Origin: Ostreococcus lucimarinus
Lineage: Eukaryota
DNA: 64,000 nucleotides
Assembly: GCA_000092065.1 (NCBI GenBank)
Contig: CP000591.1
Strand: one strand, 5' to 3'
The notes under the pieces were generated by a model that saw only the letters and a program-made list of their open reading frames with translations, ran no database searches and was not told the origin of the DNA. Of this stretch, positions 31,862 to 43,116 are shown piece by piece. The position numbers and the translations under genes are program-made. The first letter of the stretch is position 1, and the number at the start of each line of letters is the position of its first letter.

Positions 31862-33082
31862 TCACGCGATGGGGGTGCGCGGGCGAGGGGCGACGGCGGG
31901 AATGACGAAGGCGTGCGACGCGCGCTCGAGAGCGGCGACGAGGAAAGCGTCGGGGGCGGCGGCGGACGCGCGCGCGACGGCGGCGGGGCGACGCGCGCGG
32001 CGGCGGTCGGGGAGAACCGGGACGAAGTGATGCTCGCACCAGGAACAACGACCGTCGGCGGAGACGAGGACGACTTGAGACGTGCGAGTGCCGCAGTTGG
32101 GAAGGCCGGGGAGCTCGCCGGGACGGACGAAGGAGCGCTCGCTTTCGCACGCCTCGATTTGCTCGACGACGAATTCTTCGTCCTCTTCGTCGTCTTCGTC
32201 GACGTCGATGTCGATGGAGGCGTCGACGTCGTCGTCGCAGTCCACGTGGCTTTCGCGTCGCCGCCCGCCGGCGACGAAGGATTGCTGGTGTCGCCAGAGC
32301 TCTCGCGCCGCCGCGGACGGCGCGGGAGCGTCTCTGTCGCTCGATGAGTACGACAGCCGCTCCGCCGCGTCTATCGCCAGCGGTCGTGCATCCAGAGGAG
32401 CATGTAAGACATCGCGAAGCACTTGTTCCTCTAACGCGCGCGTGGGAAGCGCGTCGGCTGAGTACCGCGAATACGCTCGCAAAATCTCCTCGAGCTTCGC
32501 CTTCCCGCGCACAACCTTTGGCCACGGCGCGTCCAACACATCGTTCGCCAATCCATACACCCTACCAGCGCGTAACTCCATCGGCGTTTCCGCGTTCGCC
32601 GACCCGCGATTTCCGACGTAGTGCGCCGTTCCGCGAGACGCGTCGCCGACGACGAGATTAAATCCGTCAAACCGCATGCGTTTCGCGAACACCTCCATCG
32701 CGTACTTTCCCGAATCGATCTCCGGCGACTTTAAATAGTCCGTCACCAACATCCCTCTCGTGACGTACGCACTCACCGTCTTCTTCGGCGACTTGGTCGT
32801 CCCGCCGTTCGTCGTCGTCGTCGTCGTCGTCGTCGTCCCGTTCGCGGCGTTCGTCACCAGTCCCCATCGTCCCGTCTTTCGACACATCGCGAACCACGTC
32901 CCACCGCCCAGCTCGTCCCGCGCGCCGAAGATTTCGTACGCCTCGTCGTCGCGCTCGCTCGGCCACGCCGCGCACGCCTTGGTCGGTCGCGCGTAATCTT
33001 CGTCGCGATTGAATGCGACGAGGAGTTTTATCGGCGCATTCGCCGACGTCGTGCGCACGAGGGCGATGAACGCGACGCACAT
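31862..33082 (-). CDS. TANGO2: TANGO2 / NRDE-family protein (DUF833)
   Basis: The N-terminal nucleophile motif starts at Cys2 (MCVAFIALV...LLVAFNRDEDYARP...GGTWFAM...GRWGLVTN). The protein is collinear with TANGO2 through the C-terminal VVLVSADGRCSW block. A poly-Thr insertion encoded by (ACG)n is present. Confidence 0.75.
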   Translation of the reverse strand: MCVAFIALVRTTSANAPIKLLVAFNRDEDYARPTKACAAWPSERDDEAYEIFGARDELGGGTWFAMCRKTGRWGLVTNAANGTTTTTTTTTNGGTTKSPKKTVSAYVTRGMLVTDYLKSPEIDSGKYAMEVFAKRMRFDGFNLVVGDASRGTAHYVGNRGSANAETPMELRAGRVYGLANDVLDAPWPKVVRGKAKLEEILRAYSRYSADALPTRALEEQVLRDVLHAPLDARPLAIDAAERLSYSSSDRDAPAPSAAARELWRHQQSFVAGGRRRESHVDCDDDVDASIDIDVDEDDEEDEEFVVEQIEACESERSFVRPGELPGLPNCGTRTSQVVLVSADGRCSWCEHHFVPVLPDRRRARRPAAVARASAAAPDAFLVAALERASHAFVIPAVAPRPRTPIA

Positions 33083-33336
33083 GCGCGCGAGGACGCGAAC
33101 GTTCGCGCGTCACCGCTCGCGTCGCGTCTCGGTGGCGGCGCGCGCGCGCGTGTGAAGCGGCGGACGATGGCGATCCCATCGGTAGTATCCACGTCAGCCG
33201 AAGATGAAAGATATTTTCCGACGCGCGGCCGGCGAGTTCGCGAGTTCGCGAGTTCGCTCGACGCGACGCGGCGGCGCGAGTGGATCGGGCGCGGCGAAAA
33301 TAGAGACTGCATCGTCGACGACGTGGATATTAAACG

Positions 33337-34779
33337 TTAGACGTCGAATTGACGCTCGAGGACGTCGCGGTTGAGTTCTAGGATGACTTTGGCTAAGGCC
33401 TCGTCCTCTCGCAGGGCGAGACGGGCGGCTTCGACCGGGTCGCCGGATTCCCACGCGAAATCGGGCGTGGGAGCGTTGATGGAGTAGGAAGAACTGTCGT
33501 CGATCTCGACCGCCGCGAGTTTGGTCGTGGCTTTCCAGTTTTCGAACGCCACGAGGGCGTCGAGGGCGTCGCGGCGGTAGCCGCTGTGATAGAGCAAAAC
33601 GCCCATATCGCGTTGCTCGTATCCGACGTTTTCATCGAGCTCGGCGAGTCTTTCGGTGACTAACAGGGCCATTTGAAGGTCCCCAAAAGGTCTACCGGTG
33701 GGCTGGATGATTCCCACCACTCCCGCGGCGGTGTTCATGCGATCATCCTTGCCGTACGCCGCGGCTTCGACGGCGAGAAGGAATCCCGAGTCTCGCGAAT
33801 CGTCCCATTCCCACGGCCAAAATGCGCGCTTAAGCGCCATGAGCTGCATGCGAACGACCATGTCTGGCGTGCAAACCACCGATCCATCGGGCGCGGCGTC
33901 GCTGGCTTTGATTCCCTGCGGTCGGCGCGGCGTTGGGTCCGCCCCGCGTCGCACGCGAAGCAACACCTTGATGTCTCCGCACGCGTCGAGTTCGCCTTTG
34001 GCTTTCAACCTCTCCAAAAATCCGATGTAAATCGCCGCCAAGGTGGCGGGAATACCAACCTTTTGCGCTATAACGTTATGAAAATAAGTCCTGTACGGCG
34101 AAAACGCCTCCCTCCACCCAGTCGGTGTGCGATATTGCTGCTCCTCGAACAGGTATCGCTCGACGGCTTCAATCATCTTGTCCGCGTCCGCCTTATCTTC
34201 CGCGCTCATGTACGACAAATCTCTCTGCACGAACTCATTCACGAGCTTATCCATGCGCTTCGTATACGCCTCCCTCGGCAGACACACGCTCGTGCGGCCT
34301 TGCACCGCGTCATCCTCCACCGCCAGGTGCATCGACGCCGTCACCGCGTCGCCCTTCGCGCCGCGTCGATACTCCTCCACCAACCCCATCCTCGCCTCCC
34401 TCGCGAACGGTTCCCACGTCTCTTTCGGCGATTGCGGTTTTCCAAACGCATACTGCCTCCCCGCGCTCTTCGCCAGCGTCTCCGCTTCCTTCTCCGCGTA
34501 GTTCTTCGCGATCGACTCCGCGTCCCCCGTGCGTCGTCCCGTGCGTCCCAGAAACGTCCGCCCCTCCTCCTCCCCGTCCTCGCTCGTCGCGCCGTCCGTT
34601 CGCGCGTTCGCGCGTCCCCGTCGTCGTCTGAACCCCCCCTCGCGCTCGAATCGCGCCGCGCGCGCCGTCGCGCCGCGCCCGCGCGCGCGCGTCGCCGTCG
34701 TCGTCGTCGTGGATAGCGCGCGCCGCCCTCGTCCTCTCGTCGCCGTCGTCGCCGTCGTCGCGGTCGTCGTCGTCGTCAT
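33337..34779 (-). CDS. hypothetical protein with possible transglutaminase-like (Transglut_core2) fold
   Basis: The N-terminus is poly-Thr/Arg low-complexity. The central region has a weak motif match (GIPATLAAIYIGFLERL). The body has a complex, coding-like composition. Confidence 0.4.
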   Translation of the reverse strand: MTTTTTATTATTATRGRGRRALSTTTTTATRARGRGATARAARFEREGGFRRRRGRANARTDGATSEDGEEEGRTFLGRTGRRTGDAESIAKNYAEKEAETLAKSAGRQYAFGKPQSPKETWEPFAREARMGLVEEYRRGAKGDAVTASMHLAVEDDAVQGRTSVCLPREAYTKRMDKLVNEFVQRDLSYMSAEDKADADKMIEAVERYLFEEQQYRTPTGWREAFSPYRTYFHNVIAQKVGIPATLAAIYIGFLERLKAKGELDACGDIKVLLRVRRGADPTPRRPQGIKASDAAPDGSVVCTPDMVVRMQLMALKRAFWPWEWDDSRDSGFLLAVEAAAYGKDDRMNTAAGVVGIIQPTGRPFGDLQMALLVTERLAELDENVGYEQRDMGVLLYHSGYRRDALDALVAFENWKATTKLAAVEIDDSSSYSINAPTPDFAWESGDPVEAARLALREDEALAKVILELNRDVLERQFDV

Positions 34780-34948
34780 GACGGCGCGCGCGCGTCGAGC
34801 CCGATCGGTCGACGCGTCGAGCGCGTCGTCGCGTCGTCGACGCGTCTCGCGCGTCGCCCGGTGCGGCGCGCGTCGCCCGGTGCGCCGCGCGGCCGAAGCG
34901 CCGCGACCGACCGTCGTCGTCGCGCGTCGTTCGTGTGGCGTTCAGTGA

Positions 34949-34990
34949 GGACGCATGTATGGGGTTTATCTGTTATTCTGGGGTTTATCT
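34949..34990. repeat. 21-bp tandem duplication (ggggtttatctgttattctgt x2)
   Basis: Read directly, in the 5' region of the phosphatase gene. Confidence 0.8.
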
Positions 34991-35133
34991 GTTATTCTGT
35001 GGCTTCAATACGGGATTTTCTAAGGTGTACGGGCGTGTGTGCGCGTTCCGTGTGTACGCTCGTAACACTCGACGCGCGCGCGACGGACAATTCGACGGAC
35101 GTCCGCACACGGCGCGCGCGCTCGACGACGCCG

Positions 35134-37488
35134 ATGCGCGACGACGGCGCGAGAGACGACGACGACGACGACGACGACGCGACGGCGCGCGCGGACGACG
35201 CGGTGACGGCGACGACGACGACGCCGTCGCGAGAATCGTCGAGCGATGGACGAACGACGGCGAACGTCGAGGGGGGGCGCGCGACGAGCGAGGGCGCGAC
35301 GGCGCGAGCGCTGATGCTGGCGTCGACGAATAGCTTTCGCGCGCCGCGAGCGGGGACGAAGGCGGCGCTGGAGGTGCACGTGTCGACGTGGAACGTGGGG
35401 AATAAGGCGCCGCGAGCGGATGCGGCGAGCGGGTGGTTGAGGGACGCGCGGAGGAGCGATATCGTCGCCGTCGGGGCGCAGGAGGCGAGTTACGTGAAGA
35501 CGAGAAAGACGATAAAACCCGTCGCGGTGAGCGCGGCGTGCGGGGACGAGGCGAATTTCAAATCAAGATTTCGGAAGGGATTTTTCAAATCGACGAAGTG
35601 GACGCGAGTGGGCATGGTCGCGGGCGGCGCGTTCGCGGGAGGGGTCATGGCCGCGCCCGTGGCGCCGATGGGAGTGATGTGCGGTATGTTCACGGGCTGG
35701 TTCGCGAGCAAGAGGCTGGTGCAAGAGATCAAGGTGCGCATACATTGGTTTGATTTCTTGCACTCGGCGTTGGGCCACGAATTCGAGCTCTTGCAGACGC
35801 AAATATTACTGCAAATGCGGCTGGCGGTGTTTGTGAAGAAAGAGCTCGTCCCGAGAATTCGCAGCGTCAAGGTTGGCTCGAAAGCCACCGGGCTCGGAAA
35901 TCTGGTCGGGAACAAGGGCGGGTTGTTGGTGCACATTGAACTCGAAAACGGGGAAACCATCGCCTTCTTGTCGTGTCATCTCGCCGCGCACGAACAACCA
36001 AAGTATTTGGAAGCGCGCAACCACATGGTGCATGAGATCTTAGAAGGGACCTGGATAGATTGCGTGGAAAAGCCCAAGTGCGCGTTGCCCGTGGTAACCG
36101 ACGTGAACTCGGCGTTGTTTGACGCCGGATCAGAAATGATAAACAAGATGAAGGGGACGTCGAGACAGGTGTATGAAAGGACTTCGGACGCGTTCCAGGG
36201 CGCCACGGGGGCCAGACTCGCAATTGGTTCCGGTATGGCTCCGCGAAAGAATCAAGCACCTGAGTTATTGGACGTCGCCACCCACGTCTTCTTCTTTGGG
36301 GATCTCAACTACCGCCTCGATCCCGGGAAAGTCGTCGGGAACGAGTGGGATACTCACTGGGATAAGACGGCGCCGGAAATGACGTCTACAAAATTAGCGA
36401 ACAAATACGACGTCGATAAAGTTCCCCTGAGCAAGTTCCCCGCGGCGAGGCCGGTGGCGCAACCCGGCATGATTGAAGAAGAAAGCGACGACGAAATCAC
36501 CGAGTCGTCGCCATTCCAGATCGGGCGCACGGCCGTAATCGAGTCCGTGGGCGCTCAGGAATTCGATCAATTGGTCAAGGCAGACCAGTTGATCAAATCC
36601 ATGAAGGAAGGAAAGGTGTTTGCAAACTTTCATGAAATGCCCCTCAAGTTTTTCCCGACATTTAAGCGCGCGTCGAACAACTTGAAGGATGGGAAAGGCA
36701 AGAAAGCACCCGCGCAAGAACAATCTGTCGCGGAGCCGGGTTCGGCAGAATATTACAATGAAAAGCGCGTGCCTTCCTGGTGTGATCGCGTGCTTGTACA
36801 CTCGTTAACTGGCGCCAAAGACTCTTGCTCGCCTCTCGAGTACGGGGCGCGTCACGACGTCACGACGTCAGATCACGCACCGGTTTACGCGCGCTTTCGC
36901 GTGCGTCTCCGCGATCTTCCTCCATTGAAAGCACTTCCACGAGCCAAGTTGACGCTCACGAATTTGAGCGTCACTCGTAACACCATCGAGGACGATTTCC
37001 GGGGTTCGAGCGTTTACGTGCACTTGTTCGTTCCGCACACGCGCACAGTCGTTCCAGAGGCTAGAGAAGTGAGCTCGGGGCACGTCGCTCGAGACGAATC
37101 GCAGCCAAAAACGATTGGGAAGTATACTTTCTCTGGGGATGTTCTTCCCTCCTGCATCGTCGGTTACGACGCCGCCGACGAAGTCACCTTTGCTGAGCAA
37201 GAAAAGGCGGCGGCGCGCTTCGCGCTGCTCACCACGGAGGAACGAATCGCGTTGAAGGAAAACGAAGATGCCGAAAAGTCTGAAGAATTACCCACTCCCG
37301 TTGGCATGGACGCGTACGGTAAGTTTGTGGGCATTATCACTCTCGTCGACAGTCGATACGGCGACAAACTAGGAACGTGCACGGTGCTCCTCCCCTCCAA
37401 GGGCTCATCCTCGTTCGACGTCCCCCTCCTGTTGCGTTCTGCAAACGTCGGCCGAATCAAGGGATCGTGGGAGCTCTCTAGTATTTAA
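35134..37488 (+). CDS. inositol polyphosphate 5-phosphatase (IPPc, endonuclease/exonuclease/phosphatase fold) with C-terminal extension
   Basis: Catalytic motifs are present (HVSTWNVGN, AFLSCHLAAHEQ, FFFGDLNYRLD, SWCDRVLV, TTSDHAPVY). The track ORF starts at 34861, but the acidic, coding-like region begins at the Met at 35134. Confidence 0.75.
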   Translation: MRDDGARDDDDDDDDATARADDAVTATTTTPSRESSSDGRTTANVEGGRATSEGATARALMLASTNSFRAPRAGTKAALEVHVSTWNVGNKAPRADAASGWLRDARRSDIVAVGAQEASYVKTRKTIKPVAVSAACGDEANFKSRFRKGFFKSTKWTRVGMVAGGAFAGGVMAAPVAPMGVMCGMFTGWFASKRLVQEIKVRIHWFDFLHSALGHEFELLQTQILLQMRLAVFVKKELVPRIRSVKVGSKATGLGNLVGNKGGLLVHIELENGETIAFLSCHLAAHEQPKYLEARNHMVHEILEGTWIDCVEKPKCALPVVTDVNSALFDAGSEMINKMKGTSRQVYERTSDAFQGATGARLAIGSGMAPRKNQAPELLDVATHVFFFGDLNYRLDPGKVVGNEWDTHWDKTAPEMTSTKLANKYDVDKVPLSKFPAARPVAQPGMIEEESDDEITESSPFQIGRTAVIESVGAQEFDQLVKADQLIKSMKEGKVFANFHEMPLKFFPTFKRASNNLKDGKGKKAPAQEQSVAEPGSAEYYNEKRVPSWCDRVLVHSLTGAKDSCSPLEYGARHDVTTSDHAPVYARFRVRLRDLPPLKALPRAKLTLTNLSVTRNTIEDDFRGSSVYVHLFVPHTRTVVPEAREVSSGHVARDESQPKTIGKYTFSGDVLPSCIVGYDAADEVTFAEQEKAAARFALLTTEERIALKENEDAEKSEELPTPVGMDAYGKFVGIITLVDSRYGDKLGTCTVLLPSKGSSSFDVPLLLRSANVGRIKGSWELSSI

Positions 37489-37593
37489 TCGCGCACGTAC
37501 ATCGTCGTTTTAAGTAATAACAATATACTCGCAACCTCCGCAGCCGTCGCCCGCAACCTCACCGCGCGACGCGCATCGCGCGGTCGAATCGCG

Positions 37594-38451
37594 ATGCCGC
37601 TTCGCGCGCACGAAGAAATCACCGCCGGCTTTCTCGCGGGGTGCGCGGACGCCCTGGCGTGCCACCCCGTGGACGTGGTGAAGACGCAAGCGCACGTCAA
37701 CAGGGGTGCAAATGTCCCATTCACGCAAGCTTTAGTCGCCCAGGCGCGCGCGCACGGCCTCCCGTCGCTGTATCGCGGTGTCTTACCCGCATGCTTACGA
37801 CCTCAGGCGCTGTGCATGTACGTCGGGTACGAATGGAGCAAGAAAGCGGTGTGCGAGGACGCGAAGAAGATGACCACCAGAGAGGCATTCGTCGCGGGCT
37901 GGTTGACGGCATACGTGGAATCGGCGTGCGTGACCCCGTTCGAGACGGTCAAGGTGCGAATGCAAACGAAAGAAAACATGTCGAGGTATGCGTCGTCTTT
38001 GGGGTGCGCGCGAGAGATCGCGCGAACGGAGGGAATGAAAGGATTGTACGCGGGATTTTGGCCGACGTGTTTACGAAACAACGTGTTCAATTCATTTTAT
38101 TTCGGGACGATTCATTACTGTAAGGACGAGTATTTGTCCGCGCCAGATTCGTTGGTAGAGCAAGCAGCGCAAAACGTCGGCGTCGGCATCATCGCTGGGC
38201 TCGTCGCGACGGTGTTTAAGATGCCTTTTGATATATTAAAATCGCGAATGCAAGGACAAGTGCCAAACGCGAGCGGGGCGCTGGAATATCCAACAATGAT
38301 GGAAGCCGCTGTGCGTATATTTCGCAACGAAGGCGTGGGAGCGTTTTATAAAGGCACAGGCGTGACCGCAGCGAGGATAACGCTAGGCTTTCCCGTTTCA
38401 TTCGTAGCCTTCGAAGCCGTAGCTTCGATGTTTGAAAACGAAATCCGATGA
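37594..38451 (+). CDS. mitochondrial carrier family protein (285 aa, three repeats)
   Basis: Three repeats with the Px[DE]xx[KR] signature are present (HPVDVVKTQ, TPFETVKVRMQ, MPFDILKSRMQ), with six predicted TM helices. Confidence 0.85.
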   Translation: MPLRAHEEITAGFLAGCADALACHPVDVVKTQAHVNRGANVPFTQALVAQARAHGLPSLYRGVLPACLRPQALCMYVGYEWSKKAVCEDAKKMTTREAFVAGWLTAYVESACVTPFETVKVRMQTKENMSRYASSLGCAREIARTEGMKGLYAGFWPTCLRNNVFNSFYFGTIHYCKDEYLSAPDSLVEQAAQNVGVGIIAGLVATVFKMPFDILKSRMQGQVPNASGALEYPTMMEAAVRIFRNEGVGAFYKGTGVTAARITLGFPVSFVAFEAVASMFENEIR

Positions 38452-38543
38452 TTTGATTTGTCAATGATGGATTTATTAGAAATTTAGTCTTCAAGTCATA
38501 GCTCTAGATCTAGCGAGTGACGAATAACAGCTGTAGTGAGAAC

Positions 38544-40163
38544 TTAAGGCGTCAAGCGTTTCGGATCACGCGGAAACATGGAGGTCTTGCGAATGTTGGG
38601 CAAGTTGAGGAACAGCATGGCGACGCGTTCGAGACCGACGCCGCAACCACCGTGCGGCATGGCGCCGTATTTGAACGAATCAATGTACGGTTGAATCGTG
38701 GGAAGCTCGATACCACACGCCTCGGCGCGTTCAGCGAGGAGCTTAGGATCATGAATACGCTGCGCCCCAGAGATGATCTCTTGACCGCGAATGAAGATAT
38801 CAAAAGAGTTGGTGTAGTTCGGATCGTCAGGCGCCGGCATTGTGTAAAACGGTCGGGCGTTGAGGGGATACCGCGTGAGCATGTAGAAGTCCGTGCCGTA
38901 CTTCTCCTTCACCAATCTCCCGAGCACGCGTTCGGTTTCGGTGCCGATGTCGCCGAGCGGATCGACTTCTTCACCCGCCTCCTGGAGCATCTTGACCCCT
39001 TCCTCAAACGTCAATCTCAAAGACGGCCGGCAGTATTGCAGCGGCTCGAACGGGTGCTGCTCGTTCACCACACCGATTTCTCTCTTAAATCGCTCGTTCA
39101 AGCCGTCGAACATGCTCACGAACAACTCATCGAGGACATCCAACACTTCGTCGTAGTGCTCCTTGATGGTCATTTCCATGTCCAACCCGGTGAACTCGCA
39201 CAAGTGTCGGTGCGTGTTCGAGTCTTCGGCGCGGAACACCGGTCCAATCTCAAACACACCCTCCAAATCACCCATGATGGCCATTTGCTTGTATAATTGC
39301 GGAGACTGCGCCAAGCACGCCGGGCCGACTTGCATGTAATCGAGCTTGAAGACGGCGGCGCCGCCTTCGGACGCCCCCGCGATGAGCTTGGGCGTGTGAA
39401 TCTCGGTAAAGTTTCTTCGCAACAGCGCCTCGCGGAACAGCGTCCCGACCCCGGACTGAATCTTAAAAATCGCATTATTCGCCGGCGTGCGCAGATCCAT
39501 CACGCGATTGTTCAATCGCGTGTCCTGCAACACTCGAACGAATTGCGTATCCTCCGCCTCGAACGCGCTATCCGGTCTCGACGCGTCTTCAATCAAAAAC
39601 GGCAGCTCCGGATCCGATCTCGAGATGCAGTGAATTTCCCGACACACGACTTCGACCTCTTTCTGCGTGCACGACTCGATCGGGACCTCGGGATGGACGA
39701 CCAACCCTTTAACGTCCACCACGCTTTCCCGCGCGAGCGCGCTCGCCCACTTCACCATCCCTTTACTCACGTTGACGTCATCCACGAACAGCGTCACCTG
39801 CACCGTCGCCGTCTGTTGTCTCAGCACGATGAACGCGCTCTTCCCCTTCCCTCGCACGTTGTGCACGCGTCCTCGCAGCAGCACCTCTCGATCCTTCAGC
39901 GTTTCGTTCAGCGCGTCCACCCGCGTCCACGCGCGTCCCGTGATTTCCTTCGATTGCACCATCTCCGCGTCACCGTACCGGTGCGCCAGCGCGTCCGGCG
40001 CCGCTTGCAGCGCCGCCATCTTCGCCTCGAGCGCCGCCGCGCGCTCAGCCTTCGATCGCGCCTTCTCGGCCGCCGCCGCCGCCTTTTTCAGCGCCTTCTT
40101 CGACGGGCCTCGGTCGTCGCCCGCCGGCGGCGGCGCGCTCGCGCTCGCGTCGGCGTCGCTCAT
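38544..40163 (-). CDS. aspartyl-tRNA synthetase, cytoplasmic-type (class IIb)
   Basis: The protein has a lysine-rich N-terminal extension, an OB anticodon-binding domain, and class II motifs that are nearly identical to eukaryotic AspRS (FREALLRRNFTEIHTPKLI...QSPQLYKQM...FRAEDSNTHRHLCEFTGLD...RYPLNARPFYTMP...GGCGVGLERV...FPRDPKRLTP). Confidence 0.9.
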   Translation of the reverse strand: MSDADASASAPPPAGDDRGPSKKALKKAAAAAEKARSKAERAAALEAKMAALQAAPDALAHRYGDAEMVQSKEITGRAWTRVDALNETLKDREVLLRGRVHNVRGKGKSAFIVLRQQTATVQVTLFVDDVNVSKGMVKWASALARESVVDVKGLVVHPEVPIESCTQKEVEVVCREIHCISRSDPELPFLIEDASRPDSAFEAEDTQFVRVLQDTRLNNRVMDLRTPANNAIFKIQSGVGTLFREALLRRNFTEIHTPKLIAGASEGGAAVFKLDYMQVGPACLAQSPQLYKQMAIMGDLEGVFEIGPVFRAEDSNTHRHLCEFTGLDMEMTIKEHYDEVLDVLDELFVSMFDGLNERFKREIGVVNEQHPFEPLQYCRPSLRLTFEEGVKMLQEAGEEVDPLGDIGTETERVLGRLVKEKYGTDFYMLTRYPLNARPFYTMPAPDDPNYTNSFDIFIRGQEIISGAQRIHDPKLLAERAEACGIELPTIQPYIDSFKYGAMPHGGCGVGLERVAMLFLNLPNIRKTSMFPRDPKRLTP

Positions 40164-40409
40164 CGGAGGCTCGCGTTTCGGCGCTCGCGATGCCGCGCTC
40201 GCGTTTCGCGACGCGTTCGGCCGAGGGCGCGCGCGCGTGTGCGGGACGCGCGGCGATCGAGACCGAAAGGCGGACTCGGGGGTGGATGCCCTATCCGCGC
40301 GGGACGCGCGGGACGAGGCGCGGAGCGAGGGCGAGGGACGAGGGACGAGGGCGTCTCGATGTCTCGATGTCTCGAGCGCTGTCGCGAGGAACGATGGTGG
40401 TAATACATA

Positions 40410-41948
40410 TTAAGCGCTAGGAGGGGCGAAGACGGCGCACGCGGCGCGAATGACGTCGCATCGAAACGGACCGTACGGGAACGCGGCGGCGGCGGCGGCG
40501 CGAAACCGCCGCGAGGCGAGGACTTCGCCGTCGACGGCGATGTAACCGCCGCCGCCGGGAGCGGTGGCGTTGGTCTCCGAGGATGCGTCGACGATGGCGG
40601 CGGCGGTGGCGGCGGCGGCGGCGGCGGCGGCGGGGTAGATTTCGAAGGATTTGGCTTTGATGTAACGGACGGCGCGATTGCGCGCGTGGTCGCCGGCGTC
40701 GAAATCGAGCAAAAGTTTGAGCATGTTCTTGCGATTGGTGACGTTCACCAGGACGACGTCGATGGAACCGTCGTCAAACTTCGCGTGAGGAGCCGCTAAG
40801 GTGGACTCGGTGCCCCAAGGCACGTTGAGCGCCCAGAGACCGAGGACGTCGCCGGCGACGCGGCGCCATCCCGGTCGACCCGGCACCGGTTCGCCGTGCG
40901 GCCCGTCGCAGTGTTGGGCGTTGTACGCCTCGCCCTCTTCGGTGGTTTCGTATAAAAGTTCGCACTGGTACTTTCTTCTGGCTAATATCCGCACGATGGC
41001 CTGCAGCGTGAATCGCGCGCCTCCTAGAAATCTAAACCGCTCGCTCTCGATGTCGACGTCGGAGAAAAATCCCCACGAAGTCGACAGCAGCGAGTGCGTG
41101 ACTTTCGAGTCATCCCCCCAACCCGATGCGGTTTTAGAATCTTGAAACCGCACTTCCGATCGATCGAGCGCGCGCGTGCGCCACCGCGCGATCGTCAGCG
41201 CGCAACTCACCGGATCGCACGGTTCGCCGCCGGCGTGCTGAATCGACTTGCACAGCGCGTTCCCCGAACCCGCCGGCACGATTCCGATCGGCATCTTCGC
41301 GTAAATCTCCTCTCGATCCTCGCGTTCGCTCAGCCCTTGAAACAGCTCCGCCACGGTCCCGTCCCCCCCCACGGCGACGACGCCGTCGTACAGACTCGCG
41401 TCGAGCTCTCGCGCGATGTTCGTCGCCTCTCCTCGCGCCTTCGTCGTCCGCGTCGCGCACTCGATGTTCGCCGCCTCCAACACCGCGCGCGCCTTCGTCT
41501 CCCATATCTTCGTCCCCTCGCCTCGTCCGCTTCGCGGATTCACGATCACCAGCACCCGCCGCCGTCTCTCCCTCGCCGTCCCGCTCGCGTCCGCGTCGTC
41601 GAGCCCGCACGCCTCCGCGCACCGCGTCCTCGCCTCGTTCGCCACCGCCGCCGTCGCGCACGCCGTCTCGTGCGTCTTCAACCGTCGCGCGCTTCTCTTG
41701 CGCGTCGATATTCCCGGGAATCCGCGTCGCCGCGCGATCGCCGTCACCGCGAGCGTCCGCGCGTCGTCGTCTTCATCTCGATGATGCCGATGCCGACGAC
41801 GTCGACGCCGAACCTCGACGCGCACGACGTCCTCGACGCGCACGACGCGCGTCCCGTCGCCCAAAACCAACGTCGCGCGCCCGCGCCCGGTCGTCGCGAC
41901 GCGCGCGACCGCGTCGACGGTCGCCATCGACGATCCCGCGGCGCGCAC
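40410..41948 (-). CDS. sphingosine (long-chain base) kinase, DAGK-catalytic-domain family
   Basis: Collinear SphK blocks are present (VLVIVNPRSGRG, GVVAVGGDGTVAELFQGL, IVPAGSGNALCKS, FSDVDIESERFRFLGGARFT, YIAVDGEVL). The N-terminal roughly 130 aa are low-complexity. Confidence 0.7.
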   Translation of the reverse strand: MRAAGSSMATVDAVARVATTGRGRATLVLGDGTRVVRVEDVVRVEVRRRRRRHRHHRDEDDDARTLAVTAIARRRGFPGISTRKRSARRLKTHETACATAAVANEARTRCAEACGLDDADASGTARERRRRVLVIVNPRSGRGEGTKIWETKARAVLEAANIECATRTTKARGEATNIARELDASLYDGVVAVGGDGTVAELFQGLSEREDREEIYAKMPIGIVPAGSGNALCKSIQHAGGEPCDPVSCALTIARWRTRALDRSEVRFQDSKTASGWGDDSKVTHSLLSTSWGFFSDVDIESERFRFLGGARFTLQAIVRILARRKYQCELLYETTEEGEAYNAQHCDGPHGEPVPGRPGWRRVAGDVLGLWALNVPWGTESTLAAPHAKFDDGSIDVVLVNVTNRKNMLKLLLDFDAGDHARNRAVRYIKAKSFEIYPAAAAAAAATAAAIVDASSETNATAPGGGGYIAVDGEVLASRRFRAAAAAAFPYGPFRCDVIRAACAVFAPPSA

Positions 41949-42284
41949 TCCGGCGCGCGGCGTCGCGCGCCGTGACTCCCGTCTTTCGCACGTATTATAC
42001 GAAAGAATCGTACGTACTGACGTACCACTTTAACCGATCGAAAAGGACCACGAAACGCGCGCGACGAAAAAGCGCGCGCGCGTGCAAAGAGATTTTTCGA
42101 CGTCGCGCGTTCGGCGATCCGACCGACCGCGCGTGTGCGATCGAACGGGACTGTTTGCGCATAGGACGACGAAGCACGAATCCCGACGACGGCGCGCGCG
42201 CGTCGGCGTCGCGACGCTTTTTCGCGACGCGCCGGGATCGAATCGCATCGAATCGACGCGACGCGACGCGAAGCGCGAGACGCG

Positions 42285-42851
42285 ATGCGGGCGGTGACGC
42301 GGATGACGCGAACGACGGTTCGCGCGATCGCGCGGCGCGCGTCGATCGCGACGACGGCGCGCGCGGCGGACGCGCCGGCGACGATCGGCGGGAATCGCGA
42401 CGATCCGCGTCAGCACGCGAACGGCGCGACGGCGCGGCGCGGGGGGACGCGCGATCGGTGGTTCGCGGCGGCGAAGAGCGAGGAGATGCCGATGCGAGCG
42501 ATCGCGGACGCGATCGGGGACGCGTTCGGGCCGGCGCTGGACGCGATCGCGGAGGAACGGCGACGACGAGGCGAGGCGAGGCGGGACGGGGGCGAGACGG
42601 AGGACGAGACGGAGGCGGGACTGTACGTGCCGGACATACCGGCGTTTTTGTGCGCGACGCGATTGGCGAGGGATTCACCGATGGTGAGGAGCGTGCTGGT
42701 GGTGGACGAACGCGCGCCGAGGACGAAACCGAGGTTGTCGTGGTACGACGTCGACGACGAAGGCTGGGCGCCGCGGGGGTGGTGGGAGGACGGCGTCAAG
42801 GCTGATTTCGCGTATTACTTTGGCGAACGGCGAGAATCGTCGACGAGATGA
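42285..42851 (+). CDS. hypothetical protein (188 aa)
   Basis: The track ORF has a low-complexity N-terminus but a non-repetitive, Trp-rich C-terminal half. No homology was recognised. Confidence 0.2.
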   Translation: MRAVTRMTRTTVRAIARRASIATTARAADAPATIGGNRDDPRQHANGATARRGGTRDRWFAAAKSEEMPMRAIADAIGDAFGPALDAIAEERRRRGEARRDGGETEDETEAGLYVPDIPAFLCATRLARDSPMVRSVLVVDERAPRTKPRLSWYDVDDEGWAPRGWWEDGVKADFAYYFGERRESSTR

Positions 42852-43116
42852 GCGCTTCTCGTCGACGATCGCGCGCGTCGCGATCGTCGACGTTCGCGAC
42901 GCGTCGCGTCGCGCTCACGAGGAGGACGCGTCGTCGTACCCCCGCGCGCCGACCGCGAAACGCAGCCCGCAAAACGCATGTACACCGCACCGATACCGAT
43001 ACCACTCACTACTCTTGTTGTTGTTGTAACCAAGAAACACTGTATGTACACAACTACTACGTCGACGGATCGTCGTTCATCGACCGCGCTAAAAAACTAA
43101 CTAACTATCGAGCGTT